DNA of 64,000 nucleotides from a bacterium (GTDB lineage Bacteria; UBA10199; JAIBAG01): NCBI GenBank assembly GCA_019695305.1, contig JAIBAG010000016.1, positions 1,161 to 65,160 of the forward strand, read 5' to 3'. Shown piece by piece: positions 63,772 to 64,000 of this stretch (position 1 is its first letter; each line of letters starts with the position of its first letter). The notes under the pieces were generated by a model. It saw only the letters and a program-made list of their open reading frames with translations, ran no database searches and was not told where the DNA came from. The position numbers and the translations under genes were made by a program.

Positions 63772-63951
63772 CCTTAATGTTTACGCATTAAGGACAGCAT
63801 TTTTCTAAGCGTTCCGACTGCATCTGCAGCCGGAACGCAAAGAAAAATGCGGAGAAGGAGGGATTTACACTTCGTGTTGGATCCCCAAGGTTATTGATCC
63901 CTTTCGGGATCGCTATTCTAGTTTTCTCCTATGCGGTGTTTTCGGAACACC
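63772..63951. other. Cluster of four or more stem-loops at the window edge (5' leader or unassigned ncRNA)
   Basis: CCTTAATG/CATTAAGG (63772-63793). A 54-nt near-palindrome GCATTTTTCT-AA-GCGTTCCG..CGGAACGC-AA-AGAAAAATGC (63797-63850). GATCCC-TTTC-GGGATC (63896-63911). GGTGTT-TTCGG-AACACC (63935-63951). Confidence 0.4.
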
Positions 63952-64000
63952 TGTCGAACTTTACAATAAAATTCGCGCTGCATTTGTTATAGATGGTGCG

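Noticed and set aside
1-64000. Search for tRNA, rRNA, tmRNA, RNase P and CRISPR arrays
   Set aside because: No cloverleaf-type conserved boxes (GTTCGAATC-like T-arms), rRNA signatures or spaced direct-repeat arrays were recognised by eye. This cannot be excluded without tRNAscan or Infernal.

Overview
A 64-kb bacterial chromosomal window, moderately AT-rich, with no rRNA, tRNA or CRISPR recognised. Gene content (PEGA-domain Ser/Thr kinase, FHA and sigma-54 regulators, a RAYT) hints at a deltaproteobacteria-like (Myxococcota/Bdellovibrionota-type) or related uncultured lineage, but I cannot fix the taxonomy. The centre (about 20.1-38.1 kb) is a type III secretion locus with mixed character. 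Injectisome-type parts are an SctJ lipoprotein, a needle-like SctF-type C-terminus, three LcrH/SycD-class TPR chaperones and a split SctQ. They are arranged in flagellar gene order (fliE-F-G-H-I-J-K and fliM-N-O-P-Q-R positions) together with a recognisable FliG homologue, a FliO-like protein and a FliA-type sigma-28 gene. Three near-consensus sigma-54 promoters occur, two of them in this locus. A Ser/Thr-kinase / FHA-sigma-54-activator operon sits next to it. No SctC, SctD, SctU or SctV is seen in the window. The left edge holds a >2,183-aa ORF, open to the window start, that ends in PP2C-phosphatase and GNAT-like domains and is a candidate effector. It is followed by a RelE/RHH toxin-antitoxin pair and a RAYT-type HUH transposase flanked by perfect 28-bp inverted REP-like repeats. 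The rest is housekeeping: cysPTWA with a possible Cys-rich leader peptide, pyk, proC/yggS/yggT, pckA, gltX, ilvC, acs, peptide-ABC permeases, nagZ and aquaporin-arsC. Two families of structured intergenic repeats are present. One has three copies with 35-38-bp perfect but copy-specific outer arms and a covarying inner helix. All calls come from reading the translations and sequence by eye; no searches were run.
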